From positions 126,249 through 190,248 of the IMG/VR virus record IMGVR_UViG_3300047510_001751: a DNA stretch of 64,000 bases. The stretch is one strand, 5' to 3'. The DNA comes from a virus. Below the pieces are notes generated by a model that worked only from the letters and a program-made list of their open reading frames with translations, did not search any database and was not told the DNA's origin. Below are positions 29,217 to 38,443 of this stretch, one piece after another. Made by a program: the position numbers and the translations under genes. Position 1 is the first letter of the stretch. Every line of letters starts with the position of its first letter.

Positions 29217-29506
29217 GGCTGTGTTTCAGTTGGTGCTTGTGGGGCTACTGGAGGGGCTGGAGGGATTTGTGGCGTGGGTGGCAGCTGAGTTGCTGCTGGA
29301 GCCTGTTGTAGGGGCTCCTGGATGGGTGTGGAGAGCTTTTCTTCTAGTTTCTGCTCCAACTGTGTTAGTTTCTGCTCAATAGCAGGCTGTGGCTCCTCTG
29401 GTTTGTAGTCTGGTTGAGTTTGTGCTAGTTTCCAACCAGCAGCACCAGCACCAAAGATACTAGCCAGTGCTGCTACTGTTGAAATAGTAGATTGAAACTT
29501 ACTCAT
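29213..29506 (-). CDS. Membrane-anchored Pro/Gln-rich protein
   Basis: Hydrophobic N-terminal segment, PQ-rich tail. Confidence 0.65.
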   Translation of the reverse strand: MSKFQSTISTVAALASIFGAGAAGWKLAQTQPDYKPEEPQPAIEQKLTQLEQKLEEKLSTPIQEPLQQAPAATQLPPTPQIPPAPPVAPQAPTETQP

Positions 29507-29690
29507 TTTTGTTGTTAATGATTGCTTTCAGTTCATAGATGGCGTTGCTTACAGTCGCCTCAAGATAACCATAACAATAGGGATAACCATGCTCATTTTG
29601 AATGGCAGGGTTCTTTGTCACCTTAAGAGCATCCTCAAGACCTTCCAGAATGGTTTCCAGATGCCAGGTGGTGACTTTGGTGGTGCTCAT
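29499..29690 (-). CDS. Hypothetical protein
   Basis: 63 aa behind the TAGACT -10 at 29713-18 plus operator. Confidence 0.7.
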   Translation of the reverse strand: MSTTKVTTWHLETILEGLEDALKVTKNPAIQNEHGYPYCYGYLEATVSNAIYELKAIINNKNE

Positions 29691-29862
29691 GTCTGTTGTG
29701 TGAACTGAGATCAGTCTACAACGCTCAGGTCATCCAGCAGATCCTCTGGGACAGTTTCAAAACTGGTCTCCATCCATTGATCCTCAGCATTCCGTAAGAT
29801 ATTCTTACGAACGCTGTAATCATCATAATAGTATTCAGTTGTTTCAAAATCAGAAAAATAAG

Positions 29863-30054
29863 TCATGATTCGTGGGAATGATTACCGTTTACAAGTTCAA
29901 GTTCGTGTTGTTGATTTTTATAGACGAGCATACAAACATCTCGTCTTGGATCATCAGGAAAATGGCGAACACATACAGTCATGTATTCGTCACAGGTAAA
30001 TTTTACTTTACCATACAATCCTCTATAATATACCTCTGTTCCTTCTGGCAGCAT
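29863..30054 (-). CDS. Hypothetical protein
   Basis: MLPEGTEVYYRGLYGKVKFTCDEYMTVCV... Confidence 0.6.
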   Translation of the reverse strand: MLPEGTEVYYRGLYGKVKFTCDEYMTVCVRHFPDDPRRDVCMLVYKNQQHELELVNGNHSHES

Positions 30055-30286
30055 ATTCGTACTCAGTAACTGGTGTTTCATTTACACTGCTGCCAACATT
30101 ATCAGGATACATGGTTTGTACAATGTACAATGCTTGGTAATAGCTTGCTGCTACCACATACACATCAGCATCAATGGTGCTTGGTGCTTCATCTGGAGCA
30201 TCTTGTAAAGGTAATGATACCTCCGCAAGATACACATGCCCATTTCTTAGGCTATTATCAAAATCAACAACCATATCAGACATCAT
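30023..30286 (-). CDS. Hypothetical protein
   Basis: 87-aa ORF, DVYVVAASYYQALYIVQTMYPD. Confidence 0.65.
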   Translation of the reverse strand: MMSDMVVDFDNSLRNGHVYLAEVSLPLQDAPDEAPSTIDADVYVVAASYYQALYIVQTMYPDNVGSSVNETPVTEYEYAARRNRGIL

Positions 30287-30485
30287 ATTCTTTGTTTAAT
30301 TGAGATGATAGTTCAAAACGTATTTCTTCAAGCTCTTCACGAAGATGCTTGATTTCTTTTTGAAGACCAATGATCTCACCTTGCTGTGTCTTGATTAACT
30401 CAGCGTACTCTACGATAAGAGCTTCTGCTTGTTCTAGACTAGTCATGTTAGTTCCTAGAGGACAAATGATATTTAGTGTGTTCAA
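30276..30485 (-). CDS. Coiled-coil hypothetical protein
   Basis: 69 aa with heptad pattern. Confidence 0.55.
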   Translation of the reverse strand: MNTLNIICPLGTNMTSLEQAEALIVEYAELIKTQQGEIIGLQKEIKHLREELEEIRFELSSQLNKEYDV

Positions 30486-30560
30486 TGTTACTGATTTGTG
30501 ACTCTCGTTGTAGTGTATATTGTGCTACACCAAGAGCAATCAAAGCAATCATGATTGATT

Positions 30561-30770
30561 TCATCCCATACCTCGTGGAAATTGATGCTTACAATCAGGA
30601 CACAGCCAATAGGCAATACGATCTTCGTGAATAGGTTCTACACCAATCACTCGTGAAAAGAAATACGGAGCTGAATAGTATTGTCGATACTCTTTGGGGA
30701 TAGGTTTATCCACCCAGTTTGCCCCACATTCAGGACAGTTCCGCATTTTGGTAATACATGTGTATTTCAT
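30561..30770 (-). CDS. Zinc-ribbon protein
   Basis: CPEC...CPDC pairs. Confidence 0.65.
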   Translation of the reverse strand: MKYTCITKMRNCPECGANWVDKPIPKEYRQYYSAPYFFSRVIGVEPIHEDRIAYWLCPDCKHQFPRGMG

Positions 30771-30890
30771 TTACATAAACTCCGCCATGTAATAATCAAC
30801 AGTCACCTCAAGTTCCGCGGCTTTCTCCTCAATGGCAGCCATGAATGCGGAATCAATGTCCAGTTGATCGTGCTTTTGTTGTTCAGTCAT
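30771..30890 (-). CDS. Small acidic protein
   Basis: MTEQQKHDQLD...AAELEVTVDYYMAEFM. Confidence 0.6.
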   Translation of the reverse strand: MTEQQKHDQLDIDSAFMAAIEEKAAELEVTVDYYMAEFM

Positions 30891-31095
30891 TGGTTTCAAG
30901 AGCTTCCCAAGCAGTAAATAGTTTAGCATGGAGTTCGTTTCCGTCAACTTGTGTGTGATTTTCGAGATGAACTTGGACAAGTTTGTTGAGGTATTGGAGA
31001 GAACCGATAAGATAGTTAAGTTCTCCAGCACTGAGACGTACATCAACCTCAGGCATCGTATCCAGCATAGCGTAGCATGGCTCGGCGGGCATCAT
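30883..31095 (-). CDS. Hypothetical protein
   Basis: 70-aa ORF, start uncertain. Confidence 0.5.
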   Translation of the reverse strand: MMPAEPCYAMLDTMPEVDVRLSAGELNYLIGSLQYLNKLVQVHLENHTQVDGNELHAKLFTAWEALETND

Positions 31096-31240
31096 AAGCA
31101 GTCAACTCATTGGGGTAGACTCCAAGGCAGTGGCGAGTCTCACGATCAATGATCTCCCACTTGCTGGTGCCAATCCTACCACGAACGATCATGGGGTTGT
31201 CAATGCCCAGGGGGTAGGGCTTCTTGGTGGTGGTGCTCAT
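31049..31240 (-). CDS. Hypothetical protein
   Basis: 63 aa behind the promoter/hairpin at 31266-31299. Confidence 0.65.
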   Translation of the reverse strand: MSTTTKKPYPLGIDNPMIVRGRIGTSKWEIIDRETRHCLGVYPNELTAYDARRAMLRYAGYDA

Positions 31241-31306
31241 AGGGATCTCCCTTGACTACCCTCGTATCATAGCACAAAAAAGGGGCTGGTCAAGCCCCCG
31301 AATCAT

Positions 31307-31528
31307 TTAAAATTTTAATGTATACAAATGTGTATGATCATGATAATGTTGGGATGCTGTAGTTGTATCAAAATGTGTCAATTCATAATTGTTTTCGACA
31401 CACCATTTCTTCACTCGATTGTAGACAGTATTTGCTTTTTCGCATGTGCTCTCACCATATTGTATCAGTTCGTTGTTGTCTTGATCAAGATAGTGAAGCT
31501 CGAAATACCAATGAAAGGGAATTGCCAT
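31307..31528 (-). CDS. Hypothetical protein
   Basis: 73 aa behind TTGACA (31573-78)-N17-TAAACT (31550-55). Confidence 0.6.
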   Translation of the reverse strand: MAIPFHWYFELHYLDQDNNELIQYGESTCEKANTVYNRVKKWCVENNYELTHFDTTTASQHYHDHTHLYTLKF

Positions 31529-31599
31529 TGTGGTAATTTGATCTGATTTAGTTTACCAATGTTGTTGGTGGTTGTCAACCGACATAAGTTAATTTAATA

Positions 31600-33624
31600 C
31601 TATTCAGCGTTTCCTATTAGATAATATGGGGTTGACCTAAAACCAAGAGCATCTGATATACTGCCATACTTCTTCTGACCAGCTTTCTTTCCAGATTTAT
31701 AGAGACCAGCTGGCTCTAGTGTAAAAATCTTAGATCCTTTCTTTGTAATTAGACCATATATGGTCATTGCTATTTGTTTCTTAAAATAATGATTTAATTG
31801 TGATGTGCCACCACTCATGAAAAACCACAACGCTTCTAGTTTTGCTACTCTATTCTCTTGATGAGTGACCTTAGAGTATTGTTTTATTGCTCTTCTTTGT
31901 TTACCTGATTGTGTCTTTGATCCATAATTATAAGCATCTCTAGTTGATTTTGGTAGTAAGCTTTCAATCTTTTCATTTGATATATCTCTACCAAATTGAC
32001 CTAAAGCAGCCCAGATTTCTTTGATTTCTTTTTCATCACTATTAGAAGATCCTGTTATGCTCTTGTCTATTAATAACGAATTTAATGTCACTAAGTACAA
32101 TCCATAGATGTTATTCTTTAATGTATTGTCAGCAATGTTTTTGGGTAATAAACTGTTGATAGACAATTTTATTTGCTCTTGATCTCTAGACTCATTGATA
32201 ATTGTTTGTTTGTTTAATACTTGAGGAAATTTGTTACTTGGAACCGTGACACCAATGGCAGCCATAGCAGCAGCAAATGCCATCTTTCTCTTTTGTATTA
32301 TTTGATTGAATATAGTTCTTGTGCCTGGATACTTTTTCAATATATCTGCTACCAGAGTAAAACCAGCCCCACCTGTGTATGCTCCAATAACTCTACCTTC
32401 TCTATTAGTTGGTAAAGCATTCCATGTCATAGAAGCAGTGACAAGACTATAATGTTCATCTGTTAATACTATGTTTCTATCCTTTAATCTTGGTATGTTT
32501 TGTGATAGATTTGAATAGTTAAAACTAAAATTTACAGCGAAAGTTTCTATAGTATGCTTGTAATCTATTTTATTAATTGTAACAAGTGTTTCAATCTCTT
32601 TCTTCAATGTGTTTGGATCATTGATACCAGAAAAGTAATCAATTATCTCAGTATATTCATCAACTAATTCATCCAACTCAGGTGGAAGATTTTGTGACAT
32701 TCCAGTAAGATATACTGTTGGATTTTCTGATATACTTTTCTTCAATGAAATTGGTATGACAGCTTTTGTTGTTATCAGTCTACGGGTTAATAAATTAAAA
32801 CTGGCGGCATTTGAAACTTCTCCACTAACAATCTTATCAGTTTCTTTCTTATATGAATCGATTGTTGATTTAAATGAGGATGTTTTGATAGCATAAATGT
32901 CTGCTGGGTTGAGCATGTCAGCTCTAGTATTAATTCCTTGCTCAGCAATGATTCTCAAACATGCTTCAGTCAGTGGAATGTCTTTAACAAGTCTAACATG
33001 ATAACTTGTTGAATGACAATAAATGTATGAGGCATATCCTCCTTGTATTATATTTTTGCTTTTTAGTGCTTTGGCTGTCCAGAAAGCACTCTTGACCCAG
33101 CTCAAAGCATCTTCGTTCTCGCCAGAGAAAATGTATAACTTATTTTGGAGAGAAGATTTTGATGTTGACCTACCACCAACCAAAGATGATTTTTTATTTT
33201 TAAATGTATCTATTTTCTTAACTAATCCTTCTTGTTTCTTTTTAAATGATGCTAAATCTCGTAAGTCTTTTTTTGTTCTTGTATCAACTTTCTTTCTTGT
33301 GATTGTCTTTATGCTTTGCTTCAATTGATGTAATTCTTCTAATGTAGATAATATAGAAGAATTGAGCAATGGTAATGCTTCGTGTATAGATCTCAGATGT
33401 TTCTTTTGTGTGTCGCTTAAACTAGATGAGATTAGAGGATATGAAATATATCTATTGTATTTTGTGTATTTGTCTTCACACAAAGCATCTATTAATCCGT
33501 CTATTGATGGCTCTTGTCCTCTGGTTTCACATACAGCAAAATAAGCCAAGGCAAAACAATGAACCATTTCCTTGGCTGTAGTGTCTCTGCTTAAACTAAA
33601 ATCACCCTGATATCTTTCTCTCAT
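31600..33624 (-). CDS. 674-aa protein with a probable PD-(D/E)xK nuclease-like core
   Basis: DMLNPADIYAIK...IPISLKK motif; AT-rich; late promoter ATAAATA at 33644-50. Confidence 0.5.
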   Translation of the reverse strand: MRERYQGDFSLSRDTTAKEMVHCFALAYFAVCETRGQEPSIDGLIDALCEDKYTKYNRYISYPLISSSLSDTQKKHLRSIHEALPLLNSSILSTLEELHQLKQSIKTITRKKVDTRTKKDLRDLASFKKKQEGLVKKIDTFKNKKSSLVGGRSTSKSSLQNKLYIFSGENEDALSWVKSAFWTAKALKSKNIIQGGYASYIYCHSTSYHVRLVKDIPLTEACLRIIAEQGINTRADMLNPADIYAIKTSSFKSTIDSYKKETDKIVSGEVSNAASFNLLTRRLITTKAVIPISLKKSISENPTVYLTGMSQNLPPELDELVDEYTEIIDYFSGINDPNTLKKEIETLVTINKIDYKHTIETFAVNFSFNYSNLSQNIPRLKDRNIVLTDEHYSLVTASMTWNALPTNREGRVIGAYTGGAGFTLVADILKKYPGTRTIFNQIIQKRKMAFAAAMAAIGVTVPSNKFPQVLNKQTIINESRDQEQIKLSINSLLPKNIADNTLKNNIYGLYLVTLNSLLIDKSITGSSNSDEKEIKEIWAALGQFGRDISNEKIESLLPKSTRDAYNYGSKTQSGKQRRAIKQYSKVTHQENRVAKLEALWFFMSGGTSQLNHYFKKQIAMTIYGLITKKGSKIFTLEPAGLYKSGKKAGQKKYGSISDALGFRSTPYYLIGNAE

Positions 33625-33762
33625 TGTAGAAGCGATTTTTAGTTATTTATTTTTCTTTCTGGTTCTTGTGGGTTTATTCAGTTTTTCTCTATGTTTCTTT
33701 AGTGCTTCGATAGCTTGCTCATCAGTCTTGTGATCACTGATTTGAAAGCCATTGTGTATTAA

Positions 33763-33788
33763 AACAAAACGGTTCCCCCAGGGAACCG
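33763..33788 (-). terminator. Intrinsic terminator
   Basis: Minus strand CGGTTCCC-TGG-GGGAACCG followed by TTTTGTTTT. Confidence 0.8.
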
Positions 33789-33802
33789 TAGCATATCCAT
33801 CT

Positions 33803-33970
33803 TTAGTTATCATATCCTAATCGTTCTCTACAGTATTTAAACCTCCCCCATTCCTCGTCAGTGAAGTTATCGCTAGCATATGGGATACCCACTACATAAG
33901 CACAGAATCGGTTGATTTGCTCGGATTGATTGCTAGAAGCAATAACAGCACTGGCGAGGAGTTCAATCAT
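33803..33970 (-). CDS. Small protein, 55 aa (not in track)
   Basis: MIELLASAVIASS...FCAYVVGIPYASDNFTDEEWGRFKYCR. Confidence 0.6.
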   Translation of the reverse strand: MIELLASAVIASSNQSEQINRFCAYVVGIPYASDNFTDEEWGRFKYCRERLGYDN

Positions 33971-34374
33971 TTGTTCATTTGGAGAGTAGGGACGGGCATT
34001 CCACCTTCGGTGGGCACATAGATGGTCACGTTACCTTTCTGTGAACCTTCTTCAATACCAGTGATATACAGATACTGAAGATACTCACGATTGTCCTTCA
34101 GACTATCACCAATGATTTGGTTTGCCTTAGCAACACCACCAGCACGAATAATCTCTGCTTCAGCAAGTTGTTGAGCAGAATCTTTCTTTGCTTGTGCTTC
34201 AAGCACTGCTACCTGACGGGTATATTCTGCTTTCTGTAGTTCTGCTTTACCAGCAAGAGATTGTGACCACACATTATAGATAGGACCACCCAAAAAAAGA
34301 ACGGCGGCACCAACAATTACAATTGCACCTACAACAACAGCAGCAGGGTCAATAAATCCGTTTTGTTTGTTCAT
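33967..34374 (-). CDS. Membrane-anchored protein, SPFH/band-7-like coiled coil
   Basis: N-terminal TM segment, AEAEIIRAGGVAKANQIIGDSL...YLQYLYI. Confidence 0.65.
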   Translation of the reverse strand: MNKQNGFIDPAAVVVGAIVIVGAAVLFLGGPIYNVWSQSLAGKAELQKAEYTRQVAVLEAQAKKDSAQQLAEAEIIRAGGVAKANQIIGDSLKDNREYLQYLYITGIEEGSQKGNVTIYVPTEGGMPVPTLQMNK

Positions 34375-34489
34375 TTGTCATCCTCCAGAGTAGATTTCAG
34401 TAGTTCGTCCACAACACGACGAGCACGATAGTTTTGAATAATATCCATCACACAATAGCCAAAGGCAAATCCTGCCATAATACTAGTAA

Positions 34490-34756
34490 TCATAGTGCTT
34501 GTACCTCTTCCATAATGTTTTCCACATCTATCTCATCACGATGACCCATAACGTCATCAGTGACAGTAGTATCATAGCACAGATCGTAGCCATCCTCGTT
34601 ACCTTGAATGACTGCTACCTCGTACAAATCTTGCTCGTAACCATATGAACCAGGAAAACGAACAACGCTCACGCCATAACCATTAGGAAAGAAATGACGA
34701 GCTTGAACACCACCATCAATAGAATGTGGTTTGAAATTAAGATCAGTGAATTTCAT
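34490..34756 (-). CDS. Conserved phage hypothetical protein
   Basis: FPNGYGVSVVR...SYG...LYEVAVI motif. Confidence 0.75.
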   Translation of the reverse strand: MKFTDLNFKPHSIDGGVQARHFFPNGYGVSVVRFPGSYGYEQDLYEVAVIQGNEDGYDLCYDTTVTDDVMGHRDEIDVENIMEEVQAL

Positions 34757-35036
34757 TGTCAGAATTAATGTTGAAACGATCAGACCAAGCAGTGTTGAAC
34801 CTCTCTCGGAGGTTCTCGATCATAGTATAGCGTTGAACCAGCTCGCTGTCAATAGGCATGTCACCGATGCCATACGGACAGGCAAAATCTATCATGGTTT
34901 CTGCTTGACACAAAATGTCACACATCATCTCATGCTCAGCGTAAGTGAGAGTCACAATAACATCATTTTGATCAATGTGACTATCATCTGTGGTATCCTC
35001 AACAACAGGATAGTTGGCAACAGAAAGGGCAATCAT
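34743..35036 (-). CDS. Acidic hypothetical protein
   Basis: 97-aa ORF in the operon. Confidence 0.6.
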   Translation of the reverse strand: MIALSVANYPVVEDTTDDSHIDQNDVIVTLTYAEHEMMCDILCQAETMIDFACPYGIGDMPIDSELVQRYTMIENLRERFNTAWSDRFNINSDNEIH

Positions 35037-35038
35037 GA

Positions 35039-35194
35039 TCAGAAAGAAATTTCGTCGAGAGTGGGCACGTTCATGTCGCTGGTAGCGTCAAGAATTTCAG
35101 TGACACTGTTGCTGGTGATAGCATCGAGAATGTTAAGGATTTGCTCGCCGTTAGCACCTTTACGAAGCATGGAAATCAGAACTTGCTTGCTCAT
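35039..35194 (-). CDS. Small hypothetical protein
   Basis: MSKQVLISMLRKGANGEQILNILDAIT... Confidence 0.6.
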   Translation of the reverse strand: MSKQVLISMLRKGANGEQILNILDAITSNSVTEILDATSDMNVPTLDEISF

Positions 35195-35219
35195 GGTAAT
35201 AAAATAATAAGGTTTACAA

Positions 35220-35381
35220 TCAGTTTTCGATGGGGAACAGCTGCCAGGTGTCTGGGTGAATTCCCATTTCCTCACAGCGAACCTCGTAGGCAATACGTTG
35301 GAGCAGACGTAGATCCATGTTCATGACCGCTTTACGGATCGTGTGGCGGATCTGGGCGTCTTGGGCGGTGTCAGTAACCAT
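35220..35381 (-). CDS. Early small protein, 53 aa (not in track)
   Basis: MVTDTAQDAQIRHTIRKAVMNMDLRLLQRIAYEVRCEEMGIHPDTWQLFPIEN, behind the TATACT leader at 35407-12. Confidence 0.65.
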   Translation of the reverse strand: MVTDTAQDAQIRHTIRKAVMNMDLRLLQRIAYEVRCEEMGIHPDTWQLFPIEN

Positions 35382-35453
35382 TGTCGGTTCCGTTGTTGAC
35401 TTACTCAGTATAGGGGTGGAACCACCCCGATGTGGGGTGGTTTGGGTCAGTTG

Positions 35454-35918
35454 TCAGGCTGGCACAACCTCAGGCATTTCCAGCTCGTGAGTGTTGCCAC
35501 TGCCCCAGCCGATCCTGTAGGCTCGCCACTTGCCCTCTGTGGTGTAGAGGTAGGCATACTCTTCCCCAGAGTCACCGCTGGTGAACTCCTCAAAGGTGCC
35601 ATGCTGAACCCACAGCTCTTCGCCACGCTCAGTGTGGTAGAGAGGCTGAGGGGCACGAGTGGGGGAGTAGACCCAGTTGCCGTCCATGTCACGAGCGATG
35701 TCACCGTTCACATCACGAACCACCGAGGTGATCCACAGATGAGTGGTACGAAGCGAAGACATGCTGCCACCGTCGATCAGCTCACGAACAGCCTCACGAT
35801 CCTGGTAGTGCTCAGCCAAAACACGCCCGTTGCCCTCCAGGTAGCCATCGTAGTGGCAGTAGGTGCTGACGATGCTGTTGTCAGGAAGTTGGTAGCCGAT
35901 CCGAGAGCGAGTGCCCAT
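35454..35918 (-). CDS. Conserved phage protein (MGTRS...YCH-x-DGY family)
   Basis: MGTRSRIG...YCHYDGY...EEYAYLY...W; behind TTGACG-N17-TATATT. Confidence 0.75.
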   Translation of the reverse strand: MGTRSRIGYQLPDNSIVSTYCHYDGYLEGNGRVLAEHYQDREAVRELIDGGSMSSLRTTHLWITSVVRDVNGDIARDMDGNWVYSPTRAPQPLYHTERGEELWVQHGTFEEFTSGDSGEEYAYLYTTEGKWRAYRIGWGSGNTHELEMPEVVPA

Positions 35919-36018
35919 GGTTGTTTCTGGTGGTGGTGGAGGTCCGTTTGCCTCCGATGAACCTAATATAGGGCAAAGCAAAGGGGGCGTCAAGCCCCCT
36001 GTGCCACTCTGTCAACTG

Positions 36019-36180
36019 TCACACACCATGTTCTCTCATGCTTCTCACAAGATACGATGTAAATTGTTCCATTTTTTCTGGTGATACTGATTGAGGACAA
36101 TAATGAATGGCATTCCGTAGAGCGACCATTTCATTGTATTCTTCCTGAGTCAGTAGATCTTTTTTGTTTGAATAGGTCAT
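36019..36180 (-). CDS. Small protein, 53 aa (not in track)
   Basis: MTYSNKKDLLTQEEYNEMVALRNAIHYCPQSVSPEKMEQFTSYLVRSMREHGV. Confidence 0.6.
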   Translation of the reverse strand: MTYSNKKDLLTQEEYNEMVALRNAIHYCPQSVSPEKMEQFTSYLVRSMREHGV

Positions 36181-36268
36181 CTTGTGTCAGCGTTTCAACA
36201 CATTATACTAGTATTTAACTAAAAACTACTAGTTCTTAATGTTGTGTTTATATTTGTGTGTAGTAATG

Positions 36269-36490
36269 TTACGCTCCAAATGGACCCCAACTACCTTTAT
36301 CACCACCCATACGCTGTTCAAGTTTATCAATCAACTCATCGATTTTCATGAGTTGATCAATATCACCAATCATAGCAGAGATAGTTTTACATACCAGTGG
36401 TCGTTCTTGGCGAGCAGCATAAGCAAGAGCATTACGAAGTGATGCTTCAGCTTCTTTCAGACTGGATTCAACAGATTCAGACAATGCCAT
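36269..36490 (-). CDS. Conserved cyanomyovirus hypothetical protein
   Basis: MALSESVESSLKEAEASLRNALAYAARQERP. Confidence 0.7.
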   Translation of the reverse strand: MALSESVESSLKEAEASLRNALAYAARQERPLVCKTISAMIGDIDQLMKIDELIDKLEQRMGGDKGSWGPFGA

Positions 36491-36492
36491 AA

Positions 36493-36738
36493 TTAACTCC
36501 AAATTTGAATAAGTTTAATAGTTTCTACAGTAGCAAAAAACCCACGAATAGCTAATATATCATACATTTTAATTTTTTGAAAGTACGGCCACGAAAGAGC
36601 ATTGCCTACCAATCTAAACATGATGCCAACTTCTACGCTGGTAAACAGCAGTACACCATATCCAACAATAAACATGGAATTACCAATAATTCTGCCGTAA
36701 CTTAATAACTTATATTTCGGATCTATAAACTGATTCAT
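36493..36738 (-). CDS. Small membrane protein
   Basis: Hydrophobic, RIIGNSMFIVGY. Confidence 0.65.
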   Translation of the reverse strand: MNQFIDPKYKLLSYGRIIGNSMFIVGYGVLLFTSVEVGIMFRLVGNALSWPYFQKIKMYDILAIRGFFATVETIKLIQIWS

Positions 36739-37010
36739 GTCATTGTCTCATAATGTTTAGCGAGAGTGTCAATCAATTTTTTAGTTTCTTTTTTTGTAAA
36801 CAACACCTCAGCAAATGCCCCACAACCATACCTGGATTTCTTTCCCAAGACATACAAAAAGGCATACTTAATACGATTCCACAGCCCCATGTCAGACAGA
36901 TGAACATGAAACCAAATAGTATCATTAAAGTCTGGGTCTGGATCAAATGACAAAACAATTTGGTGATCAATCTCACCACATTGACAAACAAATAGAGTAT
37001 TATTTTCCAT
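36735..37010 (-). CDS. Hypothetical protein
   Basis: CQC...H, WNRIKYAFLYVLG. Confidence 0.65.
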   Translation of the reverse strand: MENNTLFVCQCGEIDHQIVLSFDPDPDFNDTIWFHVHLSDMGLWNRIKYAFLYVLGKKSRYGCGAFAEVLFTKKETKKLIDTLAKHYETMT

Positions 37011-37272
37011 GATTGCTAATAGTAGTTTGCCAAAATGTACTAGTCATGTGTTGTGATCCTGCCATTTTTGCTACAATGTTGCCATCAATCAACGCCACAA
37101 GCGTTGGTGTTGCTTCAACGCCACATTGCTTAGCAAAATCAGACCACACACCGTCAACTTTAGCAGGAGTGATGTTTACTACATCTTCCCACCCAGAAAC
37201 TTTTTTCAGTTGAGTTTCGGCGTACAAGCAGGGACGACATCCCTCTTGTACAAATAAATGAATTTCTTTCAT
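37000..37272 (-). CDS. Thioredoxin/glutaredoxin-like protein
   Basis: CRPC active-site motif, GVEATPTLV cis-Pro loop. Confidence 0.75.
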   Translation of the reverse strand: MKEIHLFVQEGCRPCLYAETQLKKVSGWEDVVNITPAKVDGVWSDFAKQCGVEATPTLVALIDGNIVAKMAGSQHMTSTFWQTTISNHGK

Positions 37273-37625
37273 GATAGCAGTTCTTTAATAGTCATGTCAT
37301 TGGTCATTGCTTCCATTTCCTCCTCAGTATATTGAGGATTTTCAGGATTCTTGAGGCGAGAGAGTTCAGCTTTCACACTATCAAGTTCTTTTCCTGCTTG
37401 AATAGTAGTTTGAAAAGCATCAAGAAATTTATTATGATACTCATCAGCAACAAAGTTTAGATACTTGTAGGTGATGTTGAGAAGATCTCCTGTCTCATTT
37501 CGCCCAGGATAGTCATTCTCGAACGAATCCAAGCAAGTAGAAACAAGAACCTTGAGTTCATCGAAAGAGCACTCACAAAGAGAAAGTTCGTTCATCTTAT
37601 CCCAAACTTCACGGTAGCTGGTCAT
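37269..37625 (-). CDS. Hypothetical protein
   Basis: MTSYREVWDKMNEL..., internal start chosen. Confidence 0.6.
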   Translation of the reverse strand: MTSYREVWDKMNELSLCECSFDELKVLVSTCLDSFENDYPGRNETGDLLNITYKYLNFVADEYHNKFLDAFQTTIQAGKELDSVKAELSRLKNPENPQYTEEEMEAMTNDMTIKELLS

Positions 37626-37809
37626 GGGAGGTCTCCTGGTTGACGATGGGTGTATTGTAGGACGCTTGCTCCAACCTGTCAAGCCTGTTCAGGATCTCAT
37701 ACACAGTATTATCTGTCTCAACCAATTCAGTTTTGAGACGTTCTACTTCATTTTCAAGATAGTTAATTCTATCTTGTAAGGATTCATATTCAAAGTTGTA
37801 TTCACTCAT
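37609..37809 (-). CDS. Coiled-coil protein
   Basis: 66 aa with heptad pattern. Confidence 0.6.
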   Translation of the reverse strand: MSEYNFEYESLQDRINYLENEVERLKTELVETDNTVYEILNRLDRLEQASYNTPIVNQETSHDQLP

Positions 37810-37810
37810 G

Positions 37811-38323
37811 TTATGCTACCCATTCTGGTTTACGTTCTGGCATACGAAGATAATTAGATGCAACCCAAGGTTTGGACGAAATATACATTTTGTAAGCAGT
37901 AAAAGTGTCAATGCTTGTGTCAAGTTTAAATTCATCTGGCATCGCTCGTGTAAATTCTGTTACTTCTGTGATCTTACCCTTGGGAAACAAATAATATGCT
38001 TCAACTAAAGTATTATAACATGAATGAATTTTATTGTAACGAATAGCATATTCATCACAAAGGTTCATGCCATGTTTAATCAGCCAATAGGCATTGTGAA
38101 TAGATGCCGCTGCCCACTGTGTACAGGGATGATTACGAAATGCTCCTTTTGCTGTAGCATATGGAGTTTGATCTATTTTGTGAATATCGCCATAACTATG
38201 ATACCATTTAGATGCTACAATAGAGAGCATTTGACAGCATTCAAGAGGCATCTTAACAATATGCTTGTCGGGAAGACAAATAGCAGATTCAGCTGGCCAT
38301 TGAGAAGTAACAAAAATGTTCAT
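37811..38323 (-). CDS. Pyrimidine-dimer DNA glycosylase (DenV-related)
   Basis: MNIF...DKHIVKMPLECCQML...NHPCTQWA...TEFTRAMPDEFK motifs. Confidence 0.8.
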   Translation of the reverse strand: MNIFVTSQWPAESAICLPDKHIVKMPLECCQMLSIVASKWYHSYGDIHKIDQTPYATAKGAFRNHPCTQWAAASIHNAYWLIKHGMNLCDEYAIRYNKIHSCYNTLVEAYYLFPKGKITEVTEFTRAMPDEFKLDTSIDTFTAYKMYISSKPWVASNYLRMPERKPEWVA

Positions 38324-38443
38324 AGGATTCCAACTTCCTTTAAGTAATTACGATAGCGCATAAATCGACCAAGACTGGGTTGGTTCACAACTTGTAACTG
38401 ATGGCAAATTTCACAATAGCACAACCAATCATACCATGGTGTG

